Source: Candidatus Omnitrophota bacterium (GTDB lineage: Bacteria > Omnitrophota > Gorgyraeia > Gygaellales > Profunditerraquicolaceae). Taken from it: a stretch of 64,000 bases of DNA. Positions 17,921-27,879 of the stretch are shown here, piece by piece. Under the pieces are notes generated by a model. That model saw only the letters and a list, made by a program, of their open reading frames with translations. It was not told where the DNA came from and did no database searches. The stretch lies in assembly GCA_041661605.1 (NCBI GenBank), contig JBAZUE010000001.1, positions 542,928 through 606,927 of the forward strand, in the 5' to 3' direction. Position 1 is the stretch's first letter, and each line of letters opens with the position of its first letter. The translations under genes were made by a program, and so were the position numbers.

Positions 17921-18976
17921 TTACAAATTTTTAACTACCAAATCGCCAACTTGAGTGGTAGAGTAACCCATTTTACCGGCAGCCAGAGATTTTAAATCCT
18001 TATTAACAATGCCGATTACCGCCTGCTCAATCGCTTTGGCAGCTTCCGGCTCGCCAAGATTCTCCAGCATCATTCCGGCAGCGCAAATCGCAGCCAGCGG
18101 GTTAATCACATTCTTACCGGTATATTTTGGAGCGCTTCCGCCGATAGGCTCAAACATGGATACACCCTGCGGGTTGATATTCCCACCCGCGGCAATACCC
18201 ATACCACCCTGGATCATCGCCCCTAAATCCGTAATAATATCTCCAAATAAATTGTCGGTAACGATTACATCAAACCATTCAGGGTTTTTCACAAACCACA
18301 TGGTCGTCGCGTCCACATGCGCGTAATCGGTAGTTACGTCCGGATATTCGCGAGCCACCTCATTAAATGTGCGCTGCCAAAGATCCCAGGCATAAGTCAA
18401 CACATTGGTCTTACCGCAAAGGGTCAGCTTCTTCTTTTTATTACGCTTACGGCTGCACTCAAAGGCATAGCGGATACAACGCTCCACTCCCTTGCGCGTA
18501 TTATAAGAAATTTGAATCGCTACCTCATCCTTGGTCCCTTTATCCTTAAACTCCCCCATACCTTTATACAGGCCTTCGGAGTTCTCGCGGACTACCACAA
18601 AATCAATATCCTCCGGTTTTTTATCTTTCAAAGGGCAATACGCGGAATTATAAAGCTTTACCGGACGCAGGTTAATATACTGATCAAGAGCGAACCTTAG
18701 TTTAAGCAATACGCCAGTTTCGATTATCCCGGGCTTTACTTCAGGATCACCTACCGCGCCAAGATAAATCGCGTTGTATTTTTTTAATTCCGCGATATCG
18801 CTGTCATCGACAAGTTTGCCGGTTTTTAGATATCTTTGGCCGCTGAAATCAAAAAATTTGGTTTCATATTTAAAACCGAATTTCTTTCCGGCTTTCTCTA
18901 AAACTTTTAACCCCTCATTAATTACTTCGGGGCCGGTTCCATCACCGGGTATTACCGCAATTTTATGCATATGCAT
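17921..18976 (-). CDS. leuB: 3-isopropylmalate dehydrogenase
   Basis: IPGDGTGPEV, NLFGDIITDL and GSAPKYTGK motifs; adjacent to leuD and leuC. A related beta-decarboxylating dehydrogenase cannot be excluded. Confidence 0.8.
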   Translation of the reverse strand: MHMHKIAVIPGDGTGPEVINEGLKVLEKAGKKFGFKYETKFFDFSGQRYLKTGKLVDDSDIAELKKYNAIYLGAVGDPEVKPGIIETGVLLKLRFALDQYINLRPVKLYNSAYCPLKDKKPEDIDFVVVRENSEGLYKGMGEFKDKGTKDEVAIQISYNTRKGVERCIRYAFECSRKRNKKKKLTLCGKTNVLTYAWDLWQRTFNEVAREYPDVTTDYAHVDATTMWFVKNPEWFDVIVTDNLFGDIITDLGAMIQGGMGIAAGGNINPQGVSMFEPIGGSAPKYTGKNVINPLAAICAAGMMLENLGEPEAAKAIEQAVIGIVNKDLKSLAAGKMGYSTTQVGDLVVKNL

Positions 18977-19001
18977 TTGAACTCCCTAAGCTTTGATTTA
19001 G

Positions 19002-19493
19002 TTAAATCCTTGCCTGTTTTCTAATGTAATTAATCAATCCGCCGCTCTCAACGATTTGCTGCAAAAATTCAGGAAAAGCCTGTGTTTTATACATCTTAGT
19101 CTGGGTTAAATTATTGATCTGGCCAGTTTCCAGGTTTATTTCAACGATATCCCCATCATTAATTTTATCCACATCCTCAGACTCCAGAAACGGCAGGCCG
19201 ATATTTATGGCGTTCCTGAAGAAAATAGCGGCAAAACTTCTGGCGATCACCGCGGAAATCCCGCACCCCTTAATCGCTAAAGGAGCGTGCTCCCGGCTTG
19301 AGCCGCAGCCAAAGTTATCCCCGGCGACAATTATATCCCCCGGGCTGACAGCCTGGACAAAATCCGGCTTTATAGTTTCCATGCAATGCTTACCTAACTC
19401 CTTGGCATCGGTAGAAACCAGATATTTTGCGGCGATAATATCGTCAGTATTTATATCATCGCCAAATTTATGAATCTTGCCTTTAATAACCAC
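19002..19493 (-). CDS. leuD: 3-isopropylmalate dehydratase small subunit
   Basis: GDNFGCGSSREHAP swivel-domain motif. GTG start preceded by AAGGAGAG. Confidence 0.85.
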   Translation of the reverse strand: MVIKGKIHKFGDDINTDDIIAAKYLVSTDAKELGKHCMETIKPDFVQAVSPGDIIVAGDNFGCGSSREHAPLAIKGCGISAVIARSFAAIFFRNAINIGLPFLESEDVDKINDGDIVEINLETGQINNLTQTKMYKTQAFPEFLQQIVESGGLINYIRKQARI

Positions 19494-19504
19494 TTGTTAC
19501 TCTC

Positions 19505-19545
19505 CTTGGGGACACTTCTCCGATTGGGTCAAGAAACGTCCCTGG
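19505..19545 (-). repeat. 41-nt intercistronic element, copy A2 (leuC-leuD spacer)
   Basis: RNA sense CCAGGGACGTTTCTTGACCCAATCGGAGAAGTGTCCCCAAG, 38/41 identical to A1. It sits directly after the leuC TAA and before the GGAGAG RBS of leuD. Confidence 0.85.
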
Positions 19546-20793
19546 TTAGGGAGGAGTGATTTTCCCGGTTATCGCCGATGCCGCGGCTACCGCAGGATTA
19601 GACAGATACACAAATGATTTGGGACTGCCCATTCTCCCCAGAAAATTCCTGTTAGTGGTAGCAATGGCTACCTCGCCGTCAGCTAAAATTCCCATATGCC
19701 CGCCTAAGCAGGGACCGCAGGTCGGAGTCGAGAATATCCCTCCGGCCCTGACAAAAATCTCCGCCAACCCCTCTTTTACCGCCTGCAAATAAATTTTCTG
19801 CGTTGCCGGGAAAATAATTAATTTTACCCCCTTAGCCACTTTCCTGCCTTTAAGTAAAGAGGCGGCGATACGTAAATCTGAAATTCGGCCGTTAGTGCAT
19901 GAGCCGATAACCGACTGGTCAATTTTTATATTTTTCAGGCTGCTGACCGGCTTGACATTGCTGGGCAGATGCGGACAAGCCACCTGCGGCTCTAATTTCG
20001 TAACATCCCACTCGTATATTTTTTCATAATGGGCATCCGGGTCAGAATAATAAAATTTAGGCTTACGTTTAAAACTCGCCACATATTTCCTGGTTTTATC
20101 ATCCGGCTCGATTAAACCGGCCCTTGCCCCGGCCTCAATAGCCATGTTACACATAGAAAATCTGTCATCCATGCCTAGTTTTCTGATTACCGGGCCGCTA
20201 AACTCCATTACTTTATACAAAGCGCCATCTACGCCAATCTGGCCTATGGTATAAAGAATGAGGTCCTTGCCTGAAACCCACTTCTTTAACTTACCTTTAT
20301 ATATAAACTTTATGGATGCCGGAACTTTTAACCAGCATTTACCGTCAATATAAGCGCGGGCCAGGTCTGTCGAGCCCATGCCCGTGGCATAAGCGCCTAA
20401 GGCGCCATAAGTACAGGTGTGAGAATCTGCGCCAATAACCAGGTCTCCGGGCATAACAATCCCTTTTTCAGGAAGCAGCGCATGCTCTATCCCCATAGAC
20501 CCAATCTCAAAATAATTCTTTATCCCCTGTTCTTTGGCAAAATTAGCCAGCACCTTACATTGATTGGCGCTTTTTAAATCTTTAGCGGGAGCAAAATGAT
20601 CCGGGACTAACACAATCTTATCTTTACTGAAGACCTGTTTAAAGCCGGATTTCTTAAACTCCGAAATAGCCAAAGGCGCGGTAATATCGTTGGCCAGGGC
20701 AACATCAACTTTAGCCTGGATAAATTCACCGGGCTTAATTGACTTTTGGTTAGAATGTTTTAATAAGATTTTTTCCGCGATAGTATAAGACAT
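19546..20793 (-). CDS. leuC: 3-isopropylmalate dehydratase large subunit
   Basis: Aconitase-family GADSHT, GSCTNGR and CGPCLG Fe-S ligand motifs. Confidence 0.85.
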   Translation of the reverse strand: MSYTIAEKILLKHSNQKSIKPGEFIQAKVDVALANDITAPLAISEFKKSGFKQVFSKDKIVLVPDHFAPAKDLKSANQCKVLANFAKEQGIKNYFEIGSMGIEHALLPEKGIVMPGDLVIGADSHTCTYGALGAYATGMGSTDLARAYIDGKCWLKVPASIKFIYKGKLKKWVSGKDLILYTIGQIGVDGALYKVMEFSGPVIRKLGMDDRFSMCNMAIEAGARAGLIEPDDKTRKYVASFKRKPKFYYSDPDAHYEKIYEWDVTKLEPQVACPHLPSNVKPVSSLKNIKIDQSVIGSCTNGRISDLRIAASLLKGRKVAKGVKLIIFPATQKIYLQAVKEGLAEIFVRAGGIFSTPTCGPCLGGHMGILADGEVAIATTNRNFLGRMGSPKSFVYLSNPAVAAASAITGKITPP

Positions 20794-20812
20794 TTTAAAA
20801 AAGGGATATTTG

Positions 20813-22057
20813 TTATTGCTTGAACTTCTTTACTATGAGAGAGGCGTTATGCCCACCGAAACCCAAAGAATTAGACATGCAGACTTCTACATTGGTTTTG
20901 CGCGCTATATTAGGCACGTAATCCAGGTCACAATCCGGATCAGGATGTTCGTAGTTGATGGTGGGGGGAATGACTCCGTCTCTAATTGCCAAACAACAGG
21001 TCAAAAACTCCACTCCGCCTGCGGCACCTAAAAGATGGCCGGTTACAGACTTTGTGGAAGAAATCATTACTTTCTTGCTATAGGCGCCAAAGGCCTTCTT
21101 CATAGATAAAGTTTCAATCTTGTCATTCAATTTAGTTGAGGTTCCATGCGCGTTTATATAGGTAACTTCCTCCGGTTTCATCTGCGCATCCTTTAACGCC
21201 ATGGACATTGCCTGAGCAGCCCCGGCCCCGTCAGGATCAGGAGCGGTTATATGATAAGCATCGCAGCTCATGCCAAAACCGGTAATTTCAGCGATAATAT
21301 TAGCGTTTCTTTTTTGCGCGTGCTCTAAAGTCTCTAAAACAACCAGGCCGCATCCTTCAGCCATTACAAAACCATCGCGGTCGCGGTCAAACGGACGGCT
21401 GGCTCTCTTGGGATCATCATTCCTGGTTGAAAGCGCCCTTAAGGCGCAGAAACCACCCACTGATGTAGGCACAATACAACTTTCCGTGCCTCCGGTAAGC
21501 ATTACATCGGCGTCTCCATAAAGGATCATCCTATACGCTTCACCTATGGCATGAGAACCGGAAGCGCAGGCAGTAGCCACACAGGAGTTCGGCCCCTTTA
21601 ATCCATGGATGATGGCAACCATGCCGCTTGCCTCATTTACAATAAGCATAGGGATAAGAAAAGGCGAAAGCCTCGAAGGGCCTTTACTAAGGAAAACCTT
21701 GTGCTCTTCTTCAATAGTATGCAGGCTGCCGATACCTGAACCGATAACTACCCCCATGCGGGTTGCGTCTTCTTTTTTTGAATCTAAACCGGAAGACTCC
21801 ATGGCTTGCTTGGCGGCGGCTATAGCAAACTGCACAAATTTGGCCGTTCTTTTAATATCTTTAAGGGAGATACCGTAACGGGTAGGATCAAAATCCTTTA
21901 CCTCCGCCGAAATCCTAGAATCAAAAGCAGACGCATCAAAGCTGGTAGTCGGCCCAACCCCGCTTTTACCGTCCTTCAGGGATTGCCAAAATGTTTCTAC
22001 GTCATTACCTACCGGCGTAATTGCCCCTAAGCCTGTGATTACTACTCGTTTTTTCAT
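20813..22057 (-). CDS. fabF: beta-ketoacyl-ACP synthase II
   Basis: ATACASGSHAIG (active Cys), INAHGTST and GFGGHN motifs; follows acpP. Confidence 0.92.
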   Translation of the reverse strand: MKKRVVITGLGAITPVGNDVETFWQSLKDGKSGVGPTTSFDASAFDSRISAEVKDFDPTRYGISLKDIKRTAKFVQFAIAAAKQAMESSGLDSKKEDATRMGVVIGSGIGSLHTIEEEHKVFLSKGPSRLSPFLIPMLIVNEASGMVAIIHGLKGPNSCVATACASGSHAIGEAYRMILYGDADVMLTGGTESCIVPTSVGGFCALRALSTRNDDPKRASRPFDRDRDGFVMAEGCGLVVLETLEHAQKRNANIIAEITGFGMSCDAYHITAPDPDGAGAAQAMSMALKDAQMKPEEVTYINAHGTSTKLNDKIETLSMKKAFGAYSKKVMISSTKSVTGHLLGAAGGVEFLTCCLAIRDGVIPPTINYEHPDPDCDLDYVPNIARKTNVEVCMSNSLGFGGHNASLIVKKFKQ

Positions 22058-22079
22058 CTTTTATTCTAATTTTATTCTA

Positions 22080-22119
22080 ACAAAATTTACCCCGCCATCA
22101 CTGAAAAAAGCGGGGTAAA
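22080..22119 (-). terminator. intrinsic terminator/attenuator between acpP and fabF
   Basis: Minus-strand TTTACCCCGC-N14-GCGGGGTAAA followed by TTTTGTT. Confidence 0.65.
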
Positions 22120-22144
22120 TTGTTTATTTAACGCTATCTAATTA

Positions 22145-22381
22145 TTATTTGGCGCTTTTCTCATCAATGTACTTGATGGCATCGCCAACAGTAGTGATCT
22201 TCTCTGCGTCCTCATCAGGTATTTCAATACCAAACTCTTCTTCTAAGGCCATGACCAGCTCTACGGTATCGAGTGAATCCGCGCCTAAATCATCAACAAA
22301 TGACGCTTCAGGAGTTACCTCTTCAGGTTTTACGCCTAACTGTTCTGCTATAATAGACTTTACTTTCTCTTGTACTGCCAT
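22145..22381 (-). CDS. acpP: acyl carrier protein
   Basis: [20 protein letters not shown] with the phosphopantetheine Ser; 78 aa. Confidence 0.95.
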   Translation of the reverse strand: MAVQEKVKSIIAEQLGVKPEEVTPEASFVDDLGADSLDTVELVMALEEEFGIEIPDEDAEKITTVGDAIKYIDEKSAK

Positions 22382-22407
22382 TCTTTTTTCCTCCTTGTGT
22401 GGAAACG

Positions 22408-22482
22408 CACCCGCGAAATTTCCCGGTTAGGGAACACCGGCGCAATTCAAATAAGCGCCGGGTGTCTACTTAGCGCGGGGTG
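22408..22482 (-). other. structured fabG-acpP intercistronic region (nested hairpins)
   Basis: Outer stem CACCCCGCG/CGCGGGTG (the same word as at 8496-8525). It encloses an inner stem ACACCCGGCGC/GCGCCGGTGT and a small TTCCC/GGGAA stem. The AAGGAGG RBS of acpP follows. Confidence 0.55.
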
Positions 22483-22500
22483 TTGTGTTATATCTTTGCT

Positions 22501-23244
22501 TTACGCCATGACCATGCCGCCATCTATCGTGATAACCTGGCCGGTTATGTAACTTGATTCATCCGAAGCCAGGAACAAACAAGTATTGGCTACATCCTGA
22601 GGCGTACCAAGTTTAGCTAAAGGTATCGCCTCCAGCATCTTCTTTTTTATATCCTCAGGCAGCTTGGCGGTCATCTCTGTCTGGATAAATCCGGGAGCGA
22701 CAGCGTTAGCATTAACATTACGGCTGGCCAACTCCTTAGCTACTGTTTTTGTAAGAGCGATTATCCCCGCTTTTGAAGCGGCATAATTTGCCTGGCCGGG
22801 GTTACCTATTAAACCGATTATCGAAGCGATACTGATAATCCTGCCGCTTCTTTGTTTTATCATCGGCCTGGATACGGCTTTTATGCAGTTAAATGTGCCT
22901 TTAAGATTAACATTAATTACCGCATCCCAGTCCGCTTGGGACATTCTAAGCAAAAGATTGTCTTTAGTAATCCCAGCGTTGTTAACTAATATATCAACCT
23001 TTCCCATTTTGTCAAGAATTTTATTTACACCTTCTTCAACCTTTTCATAATTGGTTACATCCATCTCTAAAGCCAGCGCTTTACGGCCCAAACCTTCAAT
23101 TTCAAGAGCGGTTTTCTGGGCTATTTCCAAGTTAACATCGGCTACCACAATATCAGCGCCCTCCCTGGCAAAGGTCAGGGCAATTGCCTGGCCTATCCCC
23201 CTTGCTCCACCTGTAACTAAAGCCACCTTATCTTTTAATCTCAT
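22501..23244 (-). CDS. fabG: 3-oxoacyl-ACP reductase
   Basis: SDR motifs [13 protein letters not shown] and YAASKAG. Start set to MRLKDK (ATG 23244, AAGGAGG 5 nt upstream). Confidence 0.9.
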   Translation of the reverse strand: MRLKDKVALVTGGARGIGQAIALTFAREGADIVVADVNLEIAQKTALEIEGLGRKALALEMDVTNYEKVEEGVNKILDKMGKVDILVNNAGITKDNLLLRMSQADWDAVINVNLKGTFNCIKAVSRPMIKQRSGRIISIASIIGLIGNPGQANYAASKAGIIALTKTVAKELASRNVNANAVAPGFIQTEMTAKLPEDIKKKMLEAIPLAKLGTPQDVANTCLFLASDESSYITGQVITIDGGMVMA

Positions 23245-23284
23245 TTTATCCTCCTTACCCACGGGGGTACACCGGCCACTTCCT

Positions 23285-24202
23285 TTAAGGCCGGGTGTTA
23301 GACAGTTGCTCGATATCGGCGCTCTTATCTATATTTGTAACCTGCGCGTTACTGTCAATGCGGCGCATCAGGCCTTTTAAAACCTTCCCCGGTCCAAACT
23401 CAATGAAGCTTGTTACGCCCTCGGATAAAATAAACCTCATTGATTCTTCCCATCTTACCGAGCCCCTTATCTGATGGACCAGGTTTTCTATTATCTGGCC
23501 GGTTTTATATTGCGGCTGCGCAGTATAATTACTGACCACAGGAATCCTGGGCTCAGAAACCGATATATTATCCAGAACAAATTTTAATTCTACCGAGGCT
23601 TCGGACATCAATGAAGAATGAAACCCTCCGCTAACCTCAAGGGGGATCACTCTTTTTGCCCCTGCCTTGCTGCATAATTCCATAGCCTGATCAACTGCCT
23701 CCGCTTTTCCGGTAATCACTACCTGGCCGGGACAGTTTAAATTAGCGATTTCAGCTCCGGATTGCAGGCAGATATCTCTTAATGTTTCTAAGGGAAACTC
23801 CAAAACCGCAGCCATTTTTCCGGGATGCTTCCTGGAGGCCTCTTCCATGATCTGGCCTCTTTTTTGTATCAGACGGATACCGTTATCGAAGGTTAGACTG
23901 CCTGCGGCAATCAAAGCGGAATATTCGCCTAAACTTAAACCCGCAGCAAAAGAAGGAACAAGATTTGATTTGGTTTTGAAAACCTCGTAAGCGGCGATAC
24001 TGGCTGTTACAATCGCCGGCTGGGAGACATTAGTTGATTTAAGTATATCTTCAGGGCCGTCAAAACAAATCCTCTTTAACTCAAAACCTAAAAGTTCTTC
24101 AGCCCTATCGAATACTTTTCGCGCTTCAGGGAAAGACTCATATAAATCTTTGCCCATGCCCACATATTGGCTGCCCTGGCCGGCAAAAAGAAAACCTACC
24201 AT
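23285..24202 (-). CDS. fabD: ACP S-malonyltransferase
   Basis: [12 protein letters not shown] and [10 protein letters not shown] (active Ser). Confidence 0.92.
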   Translation of the reverse strand: MVGFLFAGQGSQYVGMGKDLYESFPEARKVFDRAEELLGFELKRICFDGPEDILKSTNVSQPAIVTASIAAYEVFKTKSNLVPSFAAGLSLGEYSALIAAGSLTFDNGIRLIQKRGQIMEEASRKHPGKMAAVLEFPLETLRDICLQSGAEIANLNCPGQVVITGKAEAVDQAMELCSKAGAKRVIPLEVSGGFHSSLMSEASVELKFVLDNISVSEPRIPVVSNYTAQPQYKTGQIIENLVHQIRGSVRWEESMRFILSEGVTSFIEFGPGKVLKGLMRRIDSNAQVTNIDKSADIEQLSNTRP

Positions 24203-25173
24203 TCAATAACGCAGGCGCCCCAAACCAAACCTGCCCCGAATGCATCCAATAGGATGACGTCTCCTTTTTTAACCCTGCCCTCCTGTACCGCTTCGCAAAG
24301 CGCGGTAACCGTGGAAGCGCTGGACATATTACCGCATCTTTCTATATTAAGGTAAACCCGGTCTTCGGGAATGCCCAATTTCTTGGCTACAGCCATAATT
24401 ATACGCGCGTTTGCCTGGTGCGGAATAATCAAATCCACATCCGCGAAAGTCATACCCGCCTGCTGCAAAACAGTTTCCGCGGCTTTAGTCATGGTATTGA
24501 CCGCGATCTTAAATAGTTCATTGCCCTGCATTTTTATAAAATGCTGGCGGTTCCTTACAGTCTCGGTAGTTGCCGGGTTTGCCGAGCCTCCGGCAGGCAT
24601 ATTCAATATGCCTGACTTTGAGCCATCGCAACCCAGATACGTAGAAATAATCCCCCTGCTCTTTACTTCTGATAAAACCGCAGCTCCCGCTCCGTCTCCA
24701 AACAAAACGCAGGTATTGCGGTCCTGCCAATCCGTGATAGAAGATAAAACCTCAACCCCGATAACCAGGGCATTTTTATAAGTAGAACAGGCAATAAACT
24801 GTTGGGCCACAGAGAGCCCATAGACAAAACCCGCGCAGGCAGCGGAGATATCAAAAGAAGCGGCATGCTTGGCGCCAAGTTTATTCTGCAGGATAGAGGC
24901 TACCGAAGGAAAAGGCATATCTCCGGTAATTGTCGCAACCACTATAAGGTCTAAATCTTCGGGTTTAATTTTGGCGTTTTTTAATGCCTGTTCGGCGGCC
25001 TTAAAAGCTAAATCCGAAGCAGCCTGGCCCTTTGCCGCCAAATGCCTTTGTTTTATCCCGGTACGCGTAGTAATCCACTCATCAGAGGTATCGACCATTT
25101 TCTCAAGGTCGCCGTTGGTGAGTATCTTCTCCGGCAGGTATTCGCCTACCCCGATAATGCCTACTTTTTTCAC
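24196..25173 (-). CDS. fabH: beta-ketoacyl-ACP synthase III
   Basis: SAACAGFVYG (active Cys), PHQAN and GNMSSAS motifs. Confidence 0.92.
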   Translation of the reverse strand: MKKVGIIGVGEYLPEKILTNGDLEKMVDTSDEWITTRTGIKQRHLAAKGQAASDLAFKAAEQALKNAKIKPEDLDLIVVATITGDMPFPSVASILQNKLGAKHAASFDISAACAGFVYGLSVAQQFIACSTYKNALVIGVEVLSSITDWQDRNTCVLFGDGAGAAVLSEVKSRGIISTYLGCDGSKSGILNMPAGGSANPATTETVRNRQHFIKMQGNELFKIAVNTMTKAAETVLQQAGMTFADVDLIIPHQANARIIMAVAKKLGIPEDRVYLNIERCGNMSSASTVTALCEAVQEGRVKKGDVILLDAFGAGLVWGACVIEW

Positions 25174-25184
25174 GATTAACCTTT

Positions 25185-26168
25185 CTACTTCAATGCTTCA
25201 AGAATTTTCGCGTTAACCTGACGCTCGATCTCTTCTTTGGCAACCCTGATGGCGTTCTTTATCGCCTTCTTGTTGGAGCGGCCATGGCCGATGATCACGA
25301 CGCCGTTGACTCCCAATAAAAGCGCTCCGCCATACTCGGCATAATCAATTTCTTTCTTAAAATGTTTAAGGCTGGGCATCATAAAGATCAGGCCGATCTT
25401 GCCCCAAATACTGCTTAAAAGATGCCGTTTCAGGAATATCTGCATGGATTCGGCTGCGCTCTCTGAAACCTTCAAAGCCACATTACCCACAAAACCATCG
25501 CAGATAATAATATCGCATTTGCCGCTGAAAAGATCCTTGCCTTCTACGTTGCCGATAAAATTAAGCTTGCTCTTTTCCAGAAGCTCATAAGCTTCCCGGA
25601 TAAACTCCGTGCCCTTCTTCTCTTCTTCCCCGATATTTAACAACCCCACGATAGGGTTAGATTTATTTAAAATATTCTTGCAGTAGGCGTCGGCCATAAT
25701 CCCATATTGCAGCAGTTGGGTAGGTTTAGGGTCGATGTTAGCGCCGACATCAATAATCAAAGAGTTGCCTTTTAAGGTGGGAGTAACAATACCAATGCCA
25801 GGCCGTTCAATCCCCGGAAGAAGCCCCAGGCCTAAAGTTCCCGCGCAAACCACAGCACCGGTGTTGCCGGCGCTAAAGAAGGCGTCAGCCTTGCCTTCTT
25901 TTACCAAATTAACGCCGATGACAATAGAAGAGTTCCTTTTTCTCCTGATGCTGGCGGCGGCGGATTCGCTCATTTCGATTACTTCAGGAGCATGCTGGAC
26001 GCTGATCCTGCTGCCGGTATATTTAGCCTTATGCAAAAGGGCTTCTATCCTCGGCTGATCTCCTACGAGAACGATATCTATGTCATATTCTTTTGCCGCC
26101 AGGATACTGCCATCAATAACTACATCAGGGGCATGATCCCCGCCCATAGCATCAACGACTATTTTCAT
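25185..26168 (-). CDS. plsX: phosphate acyltransferase
   Basis: VDAMGGDHAP N-terminus and GFVGNVALK; conserved rpmF-plsX-fabH order. Confidence 0.92.
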   Translation of the reverse strand: MKIVVDAMGGDHAPDVVIDGSILAAKEYDIDIVLVGDQPRIEALLHKAKYTGSRISVQHAPEVIEMSESAAASIRRKRNSSIVIGVNLVKEGKADAFFSAGNTGAVVCAGTLGLGLLPGIERPGIGIVTPTLKGNSLIIDVGANIDPKPTQLLQYGIMADAYCKNILNKSNPIVGLLNIGEEEKKGTEFIREAYELLEKSKLNFIGNVEGKDLFSGKCDIIICDGFVGNVALKVSESAAESMQIFLKRHLLSSIWGKIGLIFMMPSLKHFKKEIDYAEYGGALLLGVNGVVIIGHGRSNKKAIKNAIRVAKEEIERQVNAKILEALK

Positions 26169-26244
26169 TAGTTTGTCTCCTAAAGGTGCTTACCCCTGTC
26201 TCGTAAACTCGACAGGGTTTCGCTAAATCAAAACTTTAAGGTGC

Positions 26245-26445
26245 TCATTTTTTCTTTTTCTTTTCTTTAACTTTTATTTCGACGACTTGACGGCCGTCAT
26301 AAAAACCGCAGACCAGGCAAACGCGATGGGAAATTTTTAGCTGTTTGCATTGCGGACAAGGGACTAAATTAGTCTTCTTGATCTTCCAATGTGTACGGCG
26401 CTTGCGGCCGCGTTGTGCTGAATGTTTCCTCTTAGGTAGAGCCAC
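26245..26445 (-). CDS. rpmF: 50S ribosomal protein L32
   Basis: MALPKRKHSAQRGRKRRTH and a CPQC...C..CG zinc ribbon. Confidence 0.9.
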   Translation of the reverse strand: MALPKRKHSAQRGRKRRTHWKIKKTNLVPCPQCKQLKISHRVCLVCGFYDGRQVVEIKVKEKKKKK

Positions 26446-26845
26446 AGTTACATCCTCCTTCGTTTTTGTTTTTGCCGCATTTTACGCAAAGCCCTTTACA
26501 GTCCGGGCCGCATAAGGGCTTTATTGGGTAATCCAACATCACTTCTTCTCTTATATCCGGGTTCAAATCAATAAAACTTGTGCCGCTGTCAAAAGTATAG
26601 CTCAAACGGGTATTCTTATTAAACTGCCACTGGAAATCCTCGAGGCAGCGGGAACAGGGCGCCGAAAGCAGCGCCTGCATATCCAATTCCACGATAATGG
26701 CGTTAATCGCGCGGGAAACAAACGCCTTTAGCTTAAGGCTGGAACGGTATTTTATCAGTTCAGTCTCAAGATCAAGTTCCGCCGGCTTAATCTCTTCTTC
26801 TAATAACAGTCCCTCTGAAGGAACCTGATTGATAAATATCTTCAC
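26432..26845 (-). CDS. yceD: YceD/DUF177 family 23S rRNA accumulation protein
   Basis: Upstream of rpmF as in many bacteria. CSRCLEDF and C-terminal CKGLCVKCGKN Cys motifs. Confidence 0.8.
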   Translation of the reverse strand: MKIFINQVPSEGLLLEEEIKPAELDLETELIKYRSSLKLKAFVSRAINAIIVELDMQALLSAPCSRCLEDFQWQFNKNTRLSYTFDSGTSFIDLNPDIREEVMLDYPIKPLCGPDCKGLCVKCGKNKNEGGCNCGST

Positions 26846-26848
26846 TAT

Positions 26849-27334
26849 TTATTTTCTACGCAATTTTTTCTGCAAGGCCTTGGCCACAAAATCCGGGACG
26901 AAACTTGAAAGGTCAGCCCCTAAACTTGCCCCTTCTTTAATCAACCTTGCCGAAAGATAGCTATAAGACTCATGCGGCATAAGAAAAATCGTTTCAATGT
27001 CGCTGGACAGCTTACGGTTAGTTAAAGCCATCTGGAATTCGTATTCAAAATCCGAAAGCATACGCACTCCGCGCACCAGGACCCTTGCCTTCATTTTATG
27101 GGCAAAATCCACGACCAGGCCGTCAAAATGGGTAACGGTTACTCCATCCATGCCGGCGGTGGCTTTTTTAAGCATATCCATCCTTTGCGCAACGCTGAAA
27201 ACCGGCTTTTTATGCGGATTATGCGCAACCGCCACGATTACATCATGAAAAATTTCATGCGCGCGGCAGATCAAATCAATATGGCCGTTAGTTACCGGAT
27301 CAAATGTCCCCGGATATAAAGCAACCTGGCACAT
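26849..27334 (-). CDS. coaD: phosphopantetheine adenylyltransferase
   Basis: YPGTFDPVTNGHID (T/HxGH) and a typical 161-aa length. Confidence 0.92.
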   Translation of the reverse strand: MCQVALYPGTFDPVTNGHIDLICRAHEIFHDVIVAVAHNPHKKPVFSVAQRMDMLKKATAGMDGVTVTHFDGLVVDFAHKMKARVLVRGVRMLSDFEYEFQMALTNRKLSSDIETIFLMPHESYSYLSARLIKEGASLGADLSSFVPDFVAKALQKKLRRK

Positions 27335-27336
27335 TA

Positions 27337-27879
27337 TTATTCTTTCTTCCTGAAAATAGAGATCAGCGTATCGCCATAGCTGGCTTCTTTGATCAGGTTA
27401 AATTTTGGGCTGGGTTCAGCCAATAATTCTGTTTTAGGATGCTGCGCGACTATCAAACCATTGGGCGCTAATATATCATAACCCTCCAGGGTATGCAAGA
27501 TTTTTTTTGCCATCCCCTCATGGTAAGGAGGGTCCAGGAATATAATATCGAAACTCTTCTTATCCCGGCACAACAGCTTGATCGCCTTCTCCGCGTCCAG
27601 ATAATAGAGATTACAGGAAGAAGCCTTAAGCAGGGCAATATTCTTCTTTATCGCCAAAACAGAATTATGGTTACATTCAACCATAGTCAACTCACTGACG
27701 CCGCGGGAAAGCGCCTCAAACCCCACTGCTCCGGAACCCGCGTAAAGCTCCAGGAAGGACAACCCCCCTATATCCCCCAATATATCAAAAATGGCCTTAC
27801 GCACCTTGTCCTGGGTGGGCCGGATGCCCCGGGGCATAAATAATTTACGATTATGGTATTTACCTGTGGTTATGCGCAT
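27337..27879 (-). CDS. rsmD: 16S rRNA (guanine966-N2)-methyltransferase
   Basis: RPTQDKVRKAIFDIL, ELYAGSGAVGFEALSRG and FLDPPY motifs. Confidence 0.85.
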   Translation of the reverse strand: MRITTGKYHNRKLFMPRGIRPTQDKVRKAIFDILGDIGGLSFLELYAGSGAVGFEALSRGVSELTMVECNHNSVLAIKKNIALLKASSCNLYYLDAEKAIKLLCRDKKSFDIIFLDPPYHEGMAKKILHTLEGYDILAPNGLIVAQHPKTELLAEPSPKFNLIKEASYGDTLISIFRKKE

